Shown here: positions 18,683 to 28,205 of the stretch, in pieces
Layout: each line of letters starts with the position of its first letter
How positions within the stretch are numbered: position 1 is the stretch's first letter
Assembly (NCBI GenBank): GCA_963783375.1
Contig: CAWANH010000028.1
Span: forward strand, 736,001 to 800,000
Length of the DNA stretch: 64,000 nt
Direction of reading: 5' to 3'
Source: Candidatus Eiseniibacteriota bacterium
GTDB taxonomy: Bacteria; Eisenbacteria; RBG-16-71-46; JABDJR01
Notes under the pieces: generated by a model
Told to the model about the DNA's origin: nothing
The model's database searches: none
What the model saw: only the letters and a program-made list of their open reading frames with translations
Program-made: the position numbers and the translations under genes

Positions 18683-19276
18683 CTACAGCCCCATATCCTG
18701 CACGCTTCGGAGCGCCTCGCGGTAGAACGGCGCGAAGACCAGCGCGGCGAAGACCAGCGATACCAGGACCAGGGCCACCGCCACGAACCCCCAGATCGCC
18801 CACTCGCGCTCGCGCGATCGGAGCTGATCCACCGAGTGGTAGGGCTGGTGGCGCCAGGCCTGCTCGTAGCCGTTCAGCCCCAGATAGAACGCCAGGATCG
18901 GGTAGACCACGATGTGAAGCAGGTTCAGGACCGGCACCCCGCTCGAAATCAGGAGCAACATTCCCGCGGCCACGCGTCCATGCCCCAGGAACCAGAGGTA
19001 GGGGAGGACGAACGCGCCCCAGTTCCAGCCCAGACGCTTGGCTTCGTCCAGGGAGAGGGGATCGTTCCCCGAGGGAAGGGGAAGGGTGGGGGGAAGGACC
19101 GCCGAGGCCTCGGGCGGATGCACGGGGGCGGGAGGTTCCGCCGGAGCGCTCTCCCCCGGCGGCGTCCAGGGGTCGGGCGGGGAGCCGGGGTCCCGGCCGC
19201 CGGTCACCGCCGCTCCGCAAGCCGCGCAGAACCGCGCGCCCTCCTCGACCGGCGCGCCGCAGGCGTCACAGTGCAA
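18683..19276 (-). CDS. Zinc-ribbon domain membrane protein
   Basis: CDACG...FCAACG, proline-rich linker, GWNWGAF motif and TM helices; start uncertain (TTG 19276 or ATG 19327). Confidence 0.8.
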   Translation of the reverse strand: MHCDACGAPVEEGARFCAACGAAVTGGRDPGSPPDPWTPPGESAPAEPPAPVHPPEASAVLPPTLPLPSGNDPLSLDEAKRLGWNWGAFVLPYLWFLGHGRVAAGMLLLISSGVPVLNLLHIVVYPILAFYLGLNGYEQAWRHQPYHSVDQLRSREREWAIWGFVAVALVLVSLVFAALVFAPFYREALRSVQDMGL

Positions 19277-19388
19277 GCCGAACCTCCCCGCCGCAATGGC
19301 GCCGCGGGCCGGGAACGCTCCCGGCATACCCCGCGGCGACGGCTTCTTGAAGAACCGGGCTAGAAGAGGCCGAGGCGGGCGCCGAGGC

Positions 19389-20186
19389 TCAGCCGCTGCT
19401 CCCCCCCGCCTTGAGGTCGATCCCGTACCCCGCCATCACGCTCAGCCGGGCGAACCCGGGCGGGGTGACCGCGTACTCGGCGTGCCCTTCCAGCATCCAG
19501 ATCGGCTCGGCGGCTTCCTTGAAGAACGTGTCGAGACCCGCGGTGAGGGTGAAGTTCTCAACCCCCCAGCCGGGGATGGTGTGACCCATGCCCATGAGCC
19601 TCAGGGTGGGGTTGGTGTCGTCGATGTCGTAGCGAAGCTCGGCCCACCCGCGGAAAGCCACCGGTAGATCCACGGTGGCGCTGGGGATCATGTCCTGGAT
19701 CTTCATGGACATGCTCTCCACCCCGCCGTAGATCATGAAGTTGTCTCTTTCGGGGAGGCGGATCCCGCCGTAGACCCAGAGCGGGGCGTGGACCCCCTGG
19801 TAGACGAACTCGCTCTTGAGGAAGTAGTCGTCGGCCACCACCCGGTCCCGGGACGAACCCTTGAGCTCGATGAGCAGGGAATAGCGTGGGTCGAGCGTGG
19901 CCCACCACTGGAAGCGATATTGGGCGGCATAGTCCTGGTCGGCGACGCTCTGCCGCGGCGTCCCCGCCGGCGGATAGGACCACCCCTGGACCATGAGAGC
20001 CACCAGCCCGGCATGGCGGTCCATGGGGGTGAAGGTGGAATCGTAGGTCGCGGCCAGGGAAACGTCGTCGTAGAAGAACGGCGCCTCGGCGGCGGCCCGC
20101 CCGGCCAGTGAGAAAACCCCCAGAATGACCGCGAACGCCACCGCAAACCCGACCTGGGCCCGCGCCCTCTCGTTCAGTGCCGGCAT
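19389..20186 (-). CDS. Hypothetical secreted protein, probably an outer-membrane beta-barrel
   Basis: AAGGAGG RBS, signal peptide, alternating amphipathic strands, aromatic-rich. Confidence 0.65.
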   Translation of the reverse strand: MPALNERARAQVGFAVAFAVILGVFSLAGRAAAEAPFFYDDVSLAATYDSTFTPMDRHAGLVALMVQGWSYPPAGTPRQSVADQDYAAQYRFQWWATLDPRYSLLIELKGSSRDRVVADDYFLKSEFVYQGVHAPLWVYGGIRLPERDNFMIYGGVESMSMKIQDMIPSATVDLPVAFRGWAELRYDIDDTNPTLRLMGMGHTIPGWGVENFTLTAGLDTFFKEAAEPIWMLEGHAEYAVTPPGFARLSVMAGYGIDLKAGGSSG

Positions 20187-20407
20187 GGAAAACCCTCCTT
20201 GATTGCGGACCGGAGGCCCGACCCACCGGATTTAAGAGGGTTACGGGCCGACCGTCAAGCGGGGAGCCGGCGGACGGAGCGCCGAATACGCCACCGGGGC
20301 CCACGCCGCCCCCGCCGAGGCCTCGGACCCCACGGGTGACAACCCGGGGATCGGCGGCTAGAATGAGTGCTTTCCTGCCCCATCCCCCGTTTCCCAGCGA
20401 GGCCATC

Positions 20408-21250
20408 ATGACACCGGAGACCCTGACCCTGGGCCACAGCCCCGATCCCGACGACGCCTTCATGTTCTACGCCCTGGCCGCGGGGAAGATCGAGACCGGC
20501 GGGTTCCGGTTCACCCACATTCTGGAGGACATCCAGACCCTGAATCAGCGGGCCACCCGGGAGGAGCTGGACATCACCGCGGTGAGCATCCACGCCTACG
20601 CCTACATCCAGGACCGCTACGCCCTCCTTCCCCATGGGGCGAGCATGGGGGAGGGCTACGGCCCCATGGTGGTGGCCCGAAAGCCCATGGCCCCCGAGGA
20701 TCTGACCCGGGGGATGCTGGTGGCGGTGCCGGGAACCATGACCACCGCGTTCCTGGTCCTGAAGCTGGCGGTGGGCAACTTCCGGTTCACCGTGGTGCCC
20801 TTCGACCGGATCATCGACGAGGTGGCCTCGGGCCGGGTGGACGCCGGCCTGATCATCCACGAGGGCCAGCTCACCTACCAGGAGAAGGGGCTGGTGGAGG
20901 TCTTGAACCTGGGGACCTGGTGGGGAGGCCGGTACGACGGGTTGCCGCTCCCCCTGGGCGGGAACGCCATCCGCCGCTCGCTGGGCGAGGAAAAGATCCG
21001 CACCGTCTCGAAGCTCCTCAAGGAGTCCATCGTCTACGGGCTGGAGCACCGGGCCGAGGCGGTGAAGCACTCCATGCAGTACGCTCGCGACATGACCGAG
21101 GACCTGACCGACCGGTTCGTGGGCATGTACGTGAACGACCTCACCGTCGACTACGGGGACCGGGGGCGGAAGGCCGTCCACCGGCTTCTCGAGGACGGTT
21201 TCGAAGCGGGACTCATACCCGGACCGGTCCGGGTGGAGTTCTCCGACTGA
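20408..21250 (+). CDS. mqnD: 1,4-dihydroxy-6-naphthoate synthase (futalosine menaquinone pathway)
   Basis: GHSPDPDDAFMF, DIQTLN, GYGP, IIHEGQLTY, LPLPLG, MYVN. Confidence 0.9.
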   Translation: MTPETLTLGHSPDPDDAFMFYALAAGKIETGGFRFTHILEDIQTLNQRATREELDITAVSIHAYAYIQDRYALLPHGASMGEGYGPMVVARKPMAPEDLTRGMLVAVPGTMTTAFLVLKLAVGNFRFTVVPFDRIIDEVASGRVDAGLIIHEGQLTYQEKGLVEVLNLGTWWGGRYDGLPLPLGGNAIRRSLGEEKIRTVSKLLKESIVYGLEHRAEAVKHSMQYARDMTEDLTDRFVGMYVNDLTVDYGDRGRKAVHRLLEDGFEAGLIPGPVRVEFSD

Positions 21251-21306
21251 CCCGTTCCCCCGCGGGACCCCCAAGCGCCGGCCCCCGGCCGGAGGAGGCA
21301 TATCCC

Positions 21307-22377
21307 ATGCGTTTCGTTGTCCGCTTGCTCACATTCACGATCGGGCTGGTCGTTTTCGTGGCGGCCTCGGCCGGAGCCGACTGCTACGTCAAGACCGCGA
21401 CCACCTCCGACGGCTTCGGCGGTTTCGGAGCCACCGAGGGCACGTCCGAGACCTGGGTTTCCGGGGGGCGGATGGCCGAGAAGAGTCAGTCCCACCTCAA
21501 GAACTCGGTGCTGAAAGCGCTCACCAAGGATTCCAAGAGCTACACCATCACCCGGCTCGACAAGGGGCTCATCTGGGATGTGGACCTGGGGGACAAGTCC
21601 TATACCGAGTTCTCGTTCGCGCAGATGAAGGAGCAGATGGAGAAGAGCGCGGAGGAGTTCAGGAAGGCCGCCGCTTCCCAGCCCGAGGCGTCGGGTTCGG
21701 GCGGGCCGCCCCCGAAGGCTCCGGAAGGGCAGAAGACCGACGTCAAGGTGGACGTCAAGAAGACCGGGGCGAAGAAGAAGATCGCGGGCTACAACACCGA
21801 GGAGACCGTGCTCACCCTGCGCTCCACCTTCACCGACACGAACAGCGACGAGAAGGTCACCATGAAGCTGACCTACGATGTGTGGCTGGCCGCCGACGCG
21901 CCGTGCGCCGCCGACATGCAGGAGATGGCCAAGCAGTTCGGCGCCACCGCGGGAGCGGACATGAAGGAGAGCGGGGCCATGCTCGCCACCGCGCTGTCGT
22001 CGGCCGGGATCACCATGGACGACTTCCAGAAGACCGCCTCGGAGCTCACCGGCTACCCCATGCAGACCACGATGACCATCGGGGCGGACCTTTCCCCCGA
22101 GCAGGTGGCCCAGATGAAGGCCGCCCAGGCCAAGGCGAAGCAGGAGCGTGAGAAGGAAGAGGAGGAGGATTCCGGCGGGGGGCTGAGCCTGGGGGGATTC
22201 GGGAAGAAGCTGGCGGCCAAGGTCATCAAGAAGGACGACAAGAAGGAAGAGGAGTCGGCTCCGCTCGATCCCGGGGTGCTCTTCCGCACCACCAGCACGG
22301 TGGAACAGGTGAAGTCGGGGGTGGACGACGCCTCGGTGTTCGAGATCCCCGAGGGCTTCAAGCTGAAGAGCCACTAG
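21307..22377 (+). CDS. Secreted DUF4412-like protein
   Basis: Signal peptide, TITRLDKG..W..D...KSYTE, KKTG..KKIAGY, VFEIPEGFK. Confidence 0.7.
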   Translation: MRFVVRLLTFTIGLVVFVAASAGADCYVKTATTSDGFGGFGATEGTSETWVSGGRMAEKSQSHLKNSVLKALTKDSKSYTITRLDKGLIWDVDLGDKSYTEFSFAQMKEQMEKSAEEFRKAAASQPEASGSGGPPPKAPEGQKTDVKVDVKKTGAKKKIAGYNTEETVLTLRSTFTDTNSDEKVTMKLTYDVWLAADAPCAADMQEMAKQFGATAGADMKESGAMLATALSSAGITMDDFQKTASELTGYPMQTTMTIGADLSPEQVAQMKAAQAKAKQEREKEEEEDSGGGLSLGGFGKKLAAKVIKKDDKKEEESAPLDPGVLFRTTSTVEQVKSGVDDASVFEIPEGFKLKSH

Positions 22378-22440
22378 CGGAGCGCGGGCCCGGTCCGCGC
22401 CGGTCCGGTTCGGAGCCCTTCGGGCGGGGGACTTCCCGGC

Positions 22441-23481
22441 TCAGGACCGCCCGGACATCGGCCCCTTGGGAAGGTTGATTCCCGAGGGGGTCCAGGTGAC
22501 GTCGGGCATCCAGGGGAAGCGGCTTCGACCCTCGACCGGAACCATCAGGGTCAGCGCCGCGGGGAGGACCTCGGCCTCCAGCTCGCGATGGCGGCCGTGG
22601 ATCTCGTCGCCGTCGATCTCCAGGGGGGCCAGCGGGCGGCATTCCACCCGGATCCGTGAGCCCTGAAAGTACCGCACGCGCGGATCCTGTTCGAGCTTCC
22701 CCAGGAGTCCCCAGAAAAGGAGCCGGAAGAAGTCGCCGAAGTTCTCCATGGCGATGACGATCACGTCGAGCTTTCCGTCCTGGGGGTTCACCTGGCGGAT
22801 CATGCGGAAGTTGCCGGCCAGGCTCCCGATGTTGGTGATCACCGCGCTCATCCCCCGGACCCGGACGGGGGGATCGTCGTCCAGTTGGAGCCGGAAGGTG
22901 TTGGGCCGCCGCCCCAGATTCTTGAGGGCGGCGTAGAGATAGGCAAGGAACCCGAGCCGGCGCTTCAGAACCCGGGTGGCATCCCGGATGATCGCGGCGT
23001 CGTATCCCAGGCCGGCCATGATCAGGAAGTCGCGGTGGCGCGTCCGGCCCACGTCGATCAGGATCGGTTTCCCTTCCACCGCCACCTTGAGGGCCTGCCC
23101 CACGTCGAAGGGGAGACCGAAGTGCCAGGCCACCGCGTTGGCGGTCCCACGGGGAATGATCCCGAGCGGGATCCCGTCCCGCATGGCCGCGTTCGCGACC
23201 TCCATCACCGTGCCGTCCCCTCCCAGTACCAGATAGCAGTCATAGGGGGTATCGGTCAGGGATGCGTTGACCGCGGCCAGGCCGTCCTGATCGGGGGTGG
23301 TCTCCACCACGTCCAGGTCCACACCGATCTTCGCCGCCCGCTCGCGCAGGTCCTTGGCCGCCCGCTGGGACCCCCGCGGTCCGGCCACCGGGTTCACGAC
23401 GGCCAGTATGCGGCGATGATGCGCGGTGGGCTCGCGGGTCCCACCCGCCGTCCCCTCACGCGTGGACGTTTGCGATTCCAA
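22441..23481 (-). CDS. Diacylglycerol kinase family lipid kinase
   Basis: NPVAG, GGDGT, GIIPRGTAN, GLGYDA, DGKLDV, EIDGD. Confidence 0.9.
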   Translation of the reverse strand: MESQTSTREGTAGGTREPTAHHRRILAVVNPVAGPRGSQRAAKDLRERAAKIGVDLDVVETTPDQDGLAAVNASLTDTPYDCYLVLGGDGTVMEVANAAMRDGIPLGIIPRGTANAVAWHFGLPFDVGQALKVAVEGKPILIDVGRTRHRDFLIMAGLGYDAAIIRDATRVLKRRLGFLAYLYAALKNLGRRPNTFRLQLDDDPPVRVRGMSAVITNIGSLAGNFRMIRQVNPQDGKLDVIVIAMENFGDFFRLLFWGLLGKLEQDPRVRYFQGSRIRVECRPLAPLEIDGDEIHGRHRELEAEVLPAALTLMVPVEGRSRFPWMPDVTWTPSGINLPKGPMSGRS

Positions 23482-23613
23482 GGCCTGGGCCTCCTGGCTG
23501 GGCTGAACGAACTCGCGGGGACGCTACCACCGCGGTCGGTCCACGGCAACGCGCCCCCCGGGAGGGCTTCCCGCCCTAAATGATAGACTGATCGCCCGGG
23601 GAGGAACGGATTT

Positions 23614-25341
23614 ATGCGCGTCGCGCTGTGTCAGATCAACGCCACCGTGGGGGACCTGGGGGGAAACGCCGCCCGCATTCTCGCGTGGTACCGGCGCGCC
23701 GCCGAGCAGGGGGCCGGGCTCGTGGTCTTTCCGGAGCTGGCGCTCACGGGGTATCCCGCGCGCGATCTCCTCGACCTCACCGACTTCCTGCGGGAGGTGG
23801 AGGACGCGGTCCACCGGATGGCCGGAGAGACCGGGCCCGCCGGCCTCATCTTCGGTGCCCCCGCGCCCAATCCCGGCGCGTCGGGAAAGCCCCTCCATAA
23901 CGCGGCCTTCTTCTGCGCGGAGGGCCGGGTCCGCCACGAGGTGCGAAAGAAACTCCTCCCCACCTATGACGTCTTCGACGAAGCCCGCTACTTCGAGCCG
24001 GATCCCGAGCCGGCCCGGCCGGTCGAGTTCGGCGGGATCCGCTGGGGACTGCACGTCTGCGAGGACGCCTGGAACCAGGAAGGCTTCTGGCCCCGGCGGC
24101 TCTATCGCCGCGATCCGGTGGAGGAGCTGGCCCGAAACGGAGCCCAGATCCTCCTCAACATCTCGGCTTCCCCCTTCTACGGCCGGAAGGGCCCGCTTCG
24201 CCGCTCGATCTTCCGGAGTCACATCGGCCACCATCACCTTCCGCTTCTCTACTCGAACCTGGTGGGGGGAAACGACGAGCTGATCTTCGACGGCGAGGCG
24301 TTCGTCTTCGAGGCCTCGGGGGAGCTGGTGGCCAGTGGCCGTCCGTTCGAGGAGGAGATCCTGTTCGTGGACGTGGAGAAGGAGGCGGGCGCGGTGCGGG
24401 TGACCCCGGCCCATTCCTCTGATCCCACGGCGGCCGGGTTCCCGGAGTCCCCCCCCGCGGTCCGGCCGGAACCGGAGGAAGTCTCCTCCGTCCATCACGC
24501 CCTGGTGCTGGGGCTCCGGGACTACGCGAGAAAGTGCGGCTTCCGGACCGCGGTCCTCGGGCTCTCGGGCGGAATCGACTCGGCGGTGGTGGCCGCTCTG
24601 GGGGCCGAAGCCCTGGGGCCGGAAAACGTGTGGGGGATCGCGCTCCCCAGCCGCTATACCCGCACGACCAGCAATGCGGATGCCGAAGCGGTGGCGCGAA
24701 ACCTGGGAATCCACTATGAAACGCTGCCCATTGAATCGGTCTTCGAGGCCTCGCTCCAGACGCTCGCCGGGGTATTCGAGGGCACCGGAACCGGGCTCGC
24801 CGAGGAGAACATCCAGGCTCGCGCCCGCATGCTCCTGATCATGGCGCTCTCCAACAAGTTCGGGCACCTGGTGCTCACCACCGGGAACAAGAGCGAGTTG
24901 GCGGTGGGCTACTGCACTCTCTACGGCGACATGGCCGGCGGGCTCGCGGTGATCAGCGACGTTCCCAAGGTCATGGTGTACGATCTGGCCGGCATGCTGA
25001 ACCGGGAAGGGGAAGTGATTCCCCGGAGCGTGATCACCAAACCCCCGTCCGCGGAACTCCGGCCCGACCAGACCGACCAGGACACCTTACCCCCCTACGA
25101 ACTCCTGGACGCGATCCTCGAGGGCTATATCGAAGACGGGCTCCGCGAAGAGGATCTGGTGGTGCGCGGATTCCCTCGGGAAGTCGTGGAGCGCATCGTC
25201 CGCATGTTGGCCCGGGCCGAGTACAAGCGCCGGCAGGCGGCGCCGGGGTTGAAGATCTCCCCCAAGGCCTTCGGAAGCGGCCGCCGCATGCCCATCGCCA
25301 CCCCCTGGCCGGTCACGCGGGACCGGGAATCCCGCGCATGA
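23614..25341 (+). CDS. nadE: Glutamine-dependent NAD+ synthetase
   Basis: Nitrilase domain (FPEL, LPTYDVFDE, CED) plus synthetase domain (GLSGGIDS, ENIQAR, TGNKSE, PSAEL). Confidence 0.96.
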   Translation: MRVALCQINATVGDLGGNAARILAWYRRAAEQGAGLVVFPELALTGYPARDLLDLTDFLREVEDAVHRMAGETGPAGLIFGAPAPNPGASGKPLHNAAFFCAEGRVRHEVRKKLLPTYDVFDEARYFEPDPEPARPVEFGGIRWGLHVCEDAWNQEGFWPRRLYRRDPVEELARNGAQILLNISASPFYGRKGPLRRSIFRSHIGHHHLPLLYSNLVGGNDELIFDGEAFVFEASGELVASGRPFEEEILFVDVEKEAGAVRVTPAHSSDPTAAGFPESPPAVRPEPEEVSSVHHALVLGLRDYARKCGFRTAVLGLSGGIDSAVVAALGAEALGPENVWGIALPSRYTRTTSNADAEAVARNLGIHYETLPIESVFEASLQTLAGVFEGTGTGLAEENIQARARMLLIMALSNKFGHLVLTTGNKSELAVGYCTLYGDMAGGLAVISDVPKVMVYDLAGMLNREGEVIPRSVITKPPSAELRPDQTDQDTLPPYELLDAILEGYIEDGLREEDLVVRGFPREVVERIVRMLARAEYKRRQAAPGLKISPKAFGSGRRMPIATPWPVTRDRESRA

Positions 25342-25415
25342 TGTCTGAAGAAGGTGGAATCGGGTGGAAGCTAACCCCTGAAGTCGCAGTGTTTTCGGAT
25401 TTTTTAACATACCGC

Positions 25416-25444
25416 TTGACCACACTTGACCCCGGACCTACATT
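25416..25444 (+). promoter_or_regulatory. Sigma70-type promoter
   Basis: TTGACC-17 bp-TACATT preceded by a T-rich UP-like tract. Confidence 0.75.
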
Positions 25445-25449
25445 TGTGG

Positions 25450-25528
25450 GTGCCGCCACACCGTCGGAATCCCCGTTCGGCGGGCAGGCTTGCTATAGCG
25501 GCCAGCATGTCTGCAGTGGCGGCATTTT
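25450..25528 (+). ncRNA. Candidate three-way-junction RNA (sRNA or leader)
   Basis: P1 25451-59/25516-24, P2 25461-68/25476-83, P3 25484-94/25504-14, G-U pairs on + strand, begins at predicted TSS, ends in TTTT. Confidence 0.5.
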
Positions 25529-25684
25529 CATGCCCTTCGAATCCTCTCCACCTCCGGCTGTTTTCGCGACTCGTACCCTGTCCGCCGGTCCGACCCGCGC
25601 GTTTCGGGGTCTGACCCGCCCGTCCAGCGCCCCTGATTTCCCGGACCCGCGCGTTCCGGAACCGATCCCCAAGAAAGGGCTTGC

Positions 25685-26524
25685 ATGAACCGGATCCCGT
25701 TCCAGCTCCCCGACGCCCCCCACGGTATCGTCCGCGGGGACATCTACCTTCCCGACGATCCCCGCGGCGCTCCGGTGGTGGTGGGCTGCCACGGCTTCAA
25801 GGGATTCAAGGATTGGGGATTCTGGCCGGAGACCGGACGGCGGCTGGCCGGGGCGGGCCTGGCCCTGGTGACCTTCAACTTTTCCGGCGGGGGGATCGGC
25901 GACGATCCCGAGGCCTTCACCGAGTTCGATAGCTTCGAGGCCAACACCATCGGGAAGGAACTGGACGAACTGGGCTATGTCCTGGATGCGGTGGCCGCCC
26001 GGAAGATCCCTCTTGGCGGGGTGGACGTGCGGCGGATCGGCGCCCTCGGTCACAGTCGGGGCGGCGGCGTGGCGCTGGTCCGGGCCGGTCGGGATCCCCG
26101 GATCCGCGCCCTGGTCACCTGGGCCGCCGTGGCCACCTTTCGGCGGTACAGCGACGCGGAAAAGACCCTCTGGCGGGAGCGGGGCTACAGCGAGGTGGAG
26201 AACGCCCGGACCGGGCAGATCTTCCGGTTGGGGCTCGGACTGCTCGAGGACATCGAATCCCATGCCGAGGCCTACGACCCGGTGGCCGCCGCCGCCCGGC
26301 TCCGGATCCCCACCCTCATCATCCACGGGACCCGGGATGACGCGGTTCCCCCCGACGAGGCGAACCGGATCGCCCGGGCGGTGGACCCCGGGCTCGGAAA
26401 AATCCTGTTGGTGGAGGGCACGGGGCACACCTTCGGCGCCGCGCACCCCTTCGAGGGCTCACCGCCCCCCCTGGAGCGGGTGCTGGCCGCTACCGTGGAG
26501 TGGTTCCAGAGCGGCTTGGCCTGA
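25685..26524 (+). CDS. Alpha/beta hydrolase
   Basis: HGFKGFKDWG, GHSRGG nucleophile elbow, HGTRDDAV, GHTF. Confidence 0.9.
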   Translation: MNRIPFQLPDAPHGIVRGDIYLPDDPRGAPVVVGCHGFKGFKDWGFWPETGRRLAGAGLALVTFNFSGGGIGDDPEAFTEFDSFEANTIGKELDELGYVLDAVAARKIPLGGVDVRRIGALGHSRGGGVALVRAGRDPRIRALVTWAAVATFRRYSDAEKTLWRERGYSEVENARTGQIFRLGLGLLEDIESHAEAYDPVAAAARLRIPTLIIHGTRDDAVPPDEANRIARAVDPGLGKILLVEGTGHTFGAAHPFEGSPPPLERVLAATVEWFQSGLA

Positions 26525-26603
26525 CCGCCGGGAGGGGGAAGTCCGCCGCGGCCCGCTCGGCCGGCCCCGCGGATCCGCGGAAGGGCGCAGTGCTTCCGGG
26601 GGG

Positions 26604-26918
26604 AAATGGAAGAGCCCGCCGGTTGGGGCGGGCTCATCCCGGGTCGAGGGTGCCTGACTCGACCCCGTCTCTCTCTCGTGTCTCTTCGCTACATGTCCGC
26701 CGGATCGCGCTGGGAGGTAGCGGCGTCTCTCTCGGACCATCCTCCGGCTCCCGCCGGGGAAGAAGGGGGGTCCCGCCCCCGTTGGCACCGTGGCCGACCG
26801 GACTAACAGCGCCAATAAGTCGGCGCCATCCGGCGGGCACCAATGCTACAGGGTAGGCCCCCAAACCGTTGACGCGGGAGGCCGGCTGTCGAATCCGGGC
26901 CCATTTCCGCGTCGGCAT
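26604..26918 (-). ncRNA. Candidate ~300-nt structured RNA
   Basis: Long hairpins with minus-strand G-U pairs, purine-rich GAGAGAC linkers, terminal hairpin; no credible ORF. Confidence 0.35.
26612..26635. terminator. 9-bp GC hairpin, probable terminator (U-rich tail on minus strand)
   Basis: gagcccgcc-ggttgg-ggcgggctc. Confidence 0.5.
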
Positions 26919-27144
26919 ACGTTACTACCTCGGTCCCAGGTAGTTGTTCCCCAAAAAACGAAAATCCACAAAACAGTTGGCCGAAAACCGGACTTTAACG
27001 GGCGGAAATCCCCGCAAACCAGTGGGTTGGAAAACCCGCCTCAACTTGTCGTGAAAGATCGGGGCGGGGAACATAGCAGGTTCGTGGCCGGAACGCCATC
27101 AGGAAACCGTGTTGCGAGGTGCAACAGATGGTCCTCAGACCGGG

Positions 27145-28056
27145 CTAGTCCTCGTGATCCCCCTCGGGCTCCACGTGGACCACCACGTCGGTCACCCCGG
27201 CCATCCCCTCCTTGATCCGCTCCGAGGCCTCGTGGCCCGCCTTGTGGGCCCGGGCGATGGACATATCGGGGGAAACGTGGAGATGAAGATCCACGTGGAT
27301 GTCGTCGGGGAGTCCCCGGCTCCGGACCCGGTGGGCCCCCGTCACCCCCTCCACCCTCGAGGCGATCTGGGCCACCTCGTCGGGGTCCAGCCGCTGGGAA
27401 TCCGAGAGGACGGAGAACGCCTCGGCCACGATGGTGTAGCCCGACCAGGCGATGAAACCGGCAATCCCCACCGCCACCAAGAGATCCATCATCGGGAAGT
27501 TCAACAGGGCGGCGACCAGGGAGATGAGCACCCCGAAGCTGGCGAAGATATCGCTCTGGGTGTGCTTGGAGTCGGCGAGGAGGATCATGCTGCGGAGTTT
27601 CTTCCCCGCCCTTCGCTCATACCGGGTAACCACCAGGTTGACCGCCATGGTGAAGAGCATGACCCCGAAGGTGATGGGGCGGACGTCCACGTGGTGGCTC
27701 GCGTGAAACCGTGCCAGGACCTGGCTCACGATCTCCCAGCAGGTCAGGAAGAGAAAGAGGGAGATCGCCAAGGCGGCCAGGGCCTCGAATTTCCGGTGCC
27801 CGTAGGGATGGTCGTCGTCCGGGGCCTTCCGCGCCACCTTCATCCCCACCAGCCCGACCACGTTGCTGGTGCCGTCGAGGGCGGAATGGAACCCGTCGGC
27901 CACCATGCTGAGGGCGCCGGAGAGTAGCCCGAACACGAGCTTGAGCGCGGCCACCAGAAGGTTCAGGCCGAGGACGATCCAGAGGACCCGACCCACCTGC
28001 CGGTCGCGTTCCGCGACCGCGGTCGCGGAACGCCGGACTCCAACAGGCTTTTCCAT
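27145..28056 (-). CDS. Cation diffusion facilitator family transporter
   Basis: ADGFHS..D, DHPYGHRKFE, ADSKHTQSD, HVEP. Confidence 0.92.
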   Translation of the reverse strand: MEKPVGVRRSATAVAERDRQVGRVLWIVLGLNLLVAALKLVFGLLSGALSMVADGFHSALDGTSNVVGLVGMKVARKAPDDDHPYGHRKFEALAALAISLFLFLTCWEIVSQVLARFHASHHVDVRPITFGVMLFTMAVNLVVTRYERRAGKKLRSMILLADSKHTQSDIFASFGVLISLVAALLNFPMMDLLVAVGIAGFIAWSGYTIVAEAFSVLSDSQRLDPDEVAQIASRVEGVTGAHRVRSRGLPDDIHVDLHLHVSPDMSIARAHKAGHEASERIKEGMAGVTDVVVHVEPEGDHED

Positions 28057-28205
28057 CGTGCTTTCCCCTCCCTCGCGAGCCCGGCTTCCGGCCGGATCGG
28101 CGTGGCCGCCCCGGCGAGAACGGAGAGGAGAGTATCACCGCGTGGTAGCGGCGTCAGCGCCACGCGCGACGTGGGCAGGGTGATCAGCGGTGTTATGCTT
28201 CAGCC

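Noticed and set aside
25530-25556. TTCGAATCC-TCTCCACC resembling a tRNA/tmRNA 3' end or att site
   Set aside because: The bases before the loop (TGCCC) cannot form a T-stem, there is no cloverleaf and no integrase nearby
26640-26905. tmRNA-like words on the minus strand (GGATTCGAC ... CATGTAG ... GACGGGG)
   Set aside because: No acceptor stem, T-arm, CCA end or P2 pairing; kept only as an unclassified RNA candidate
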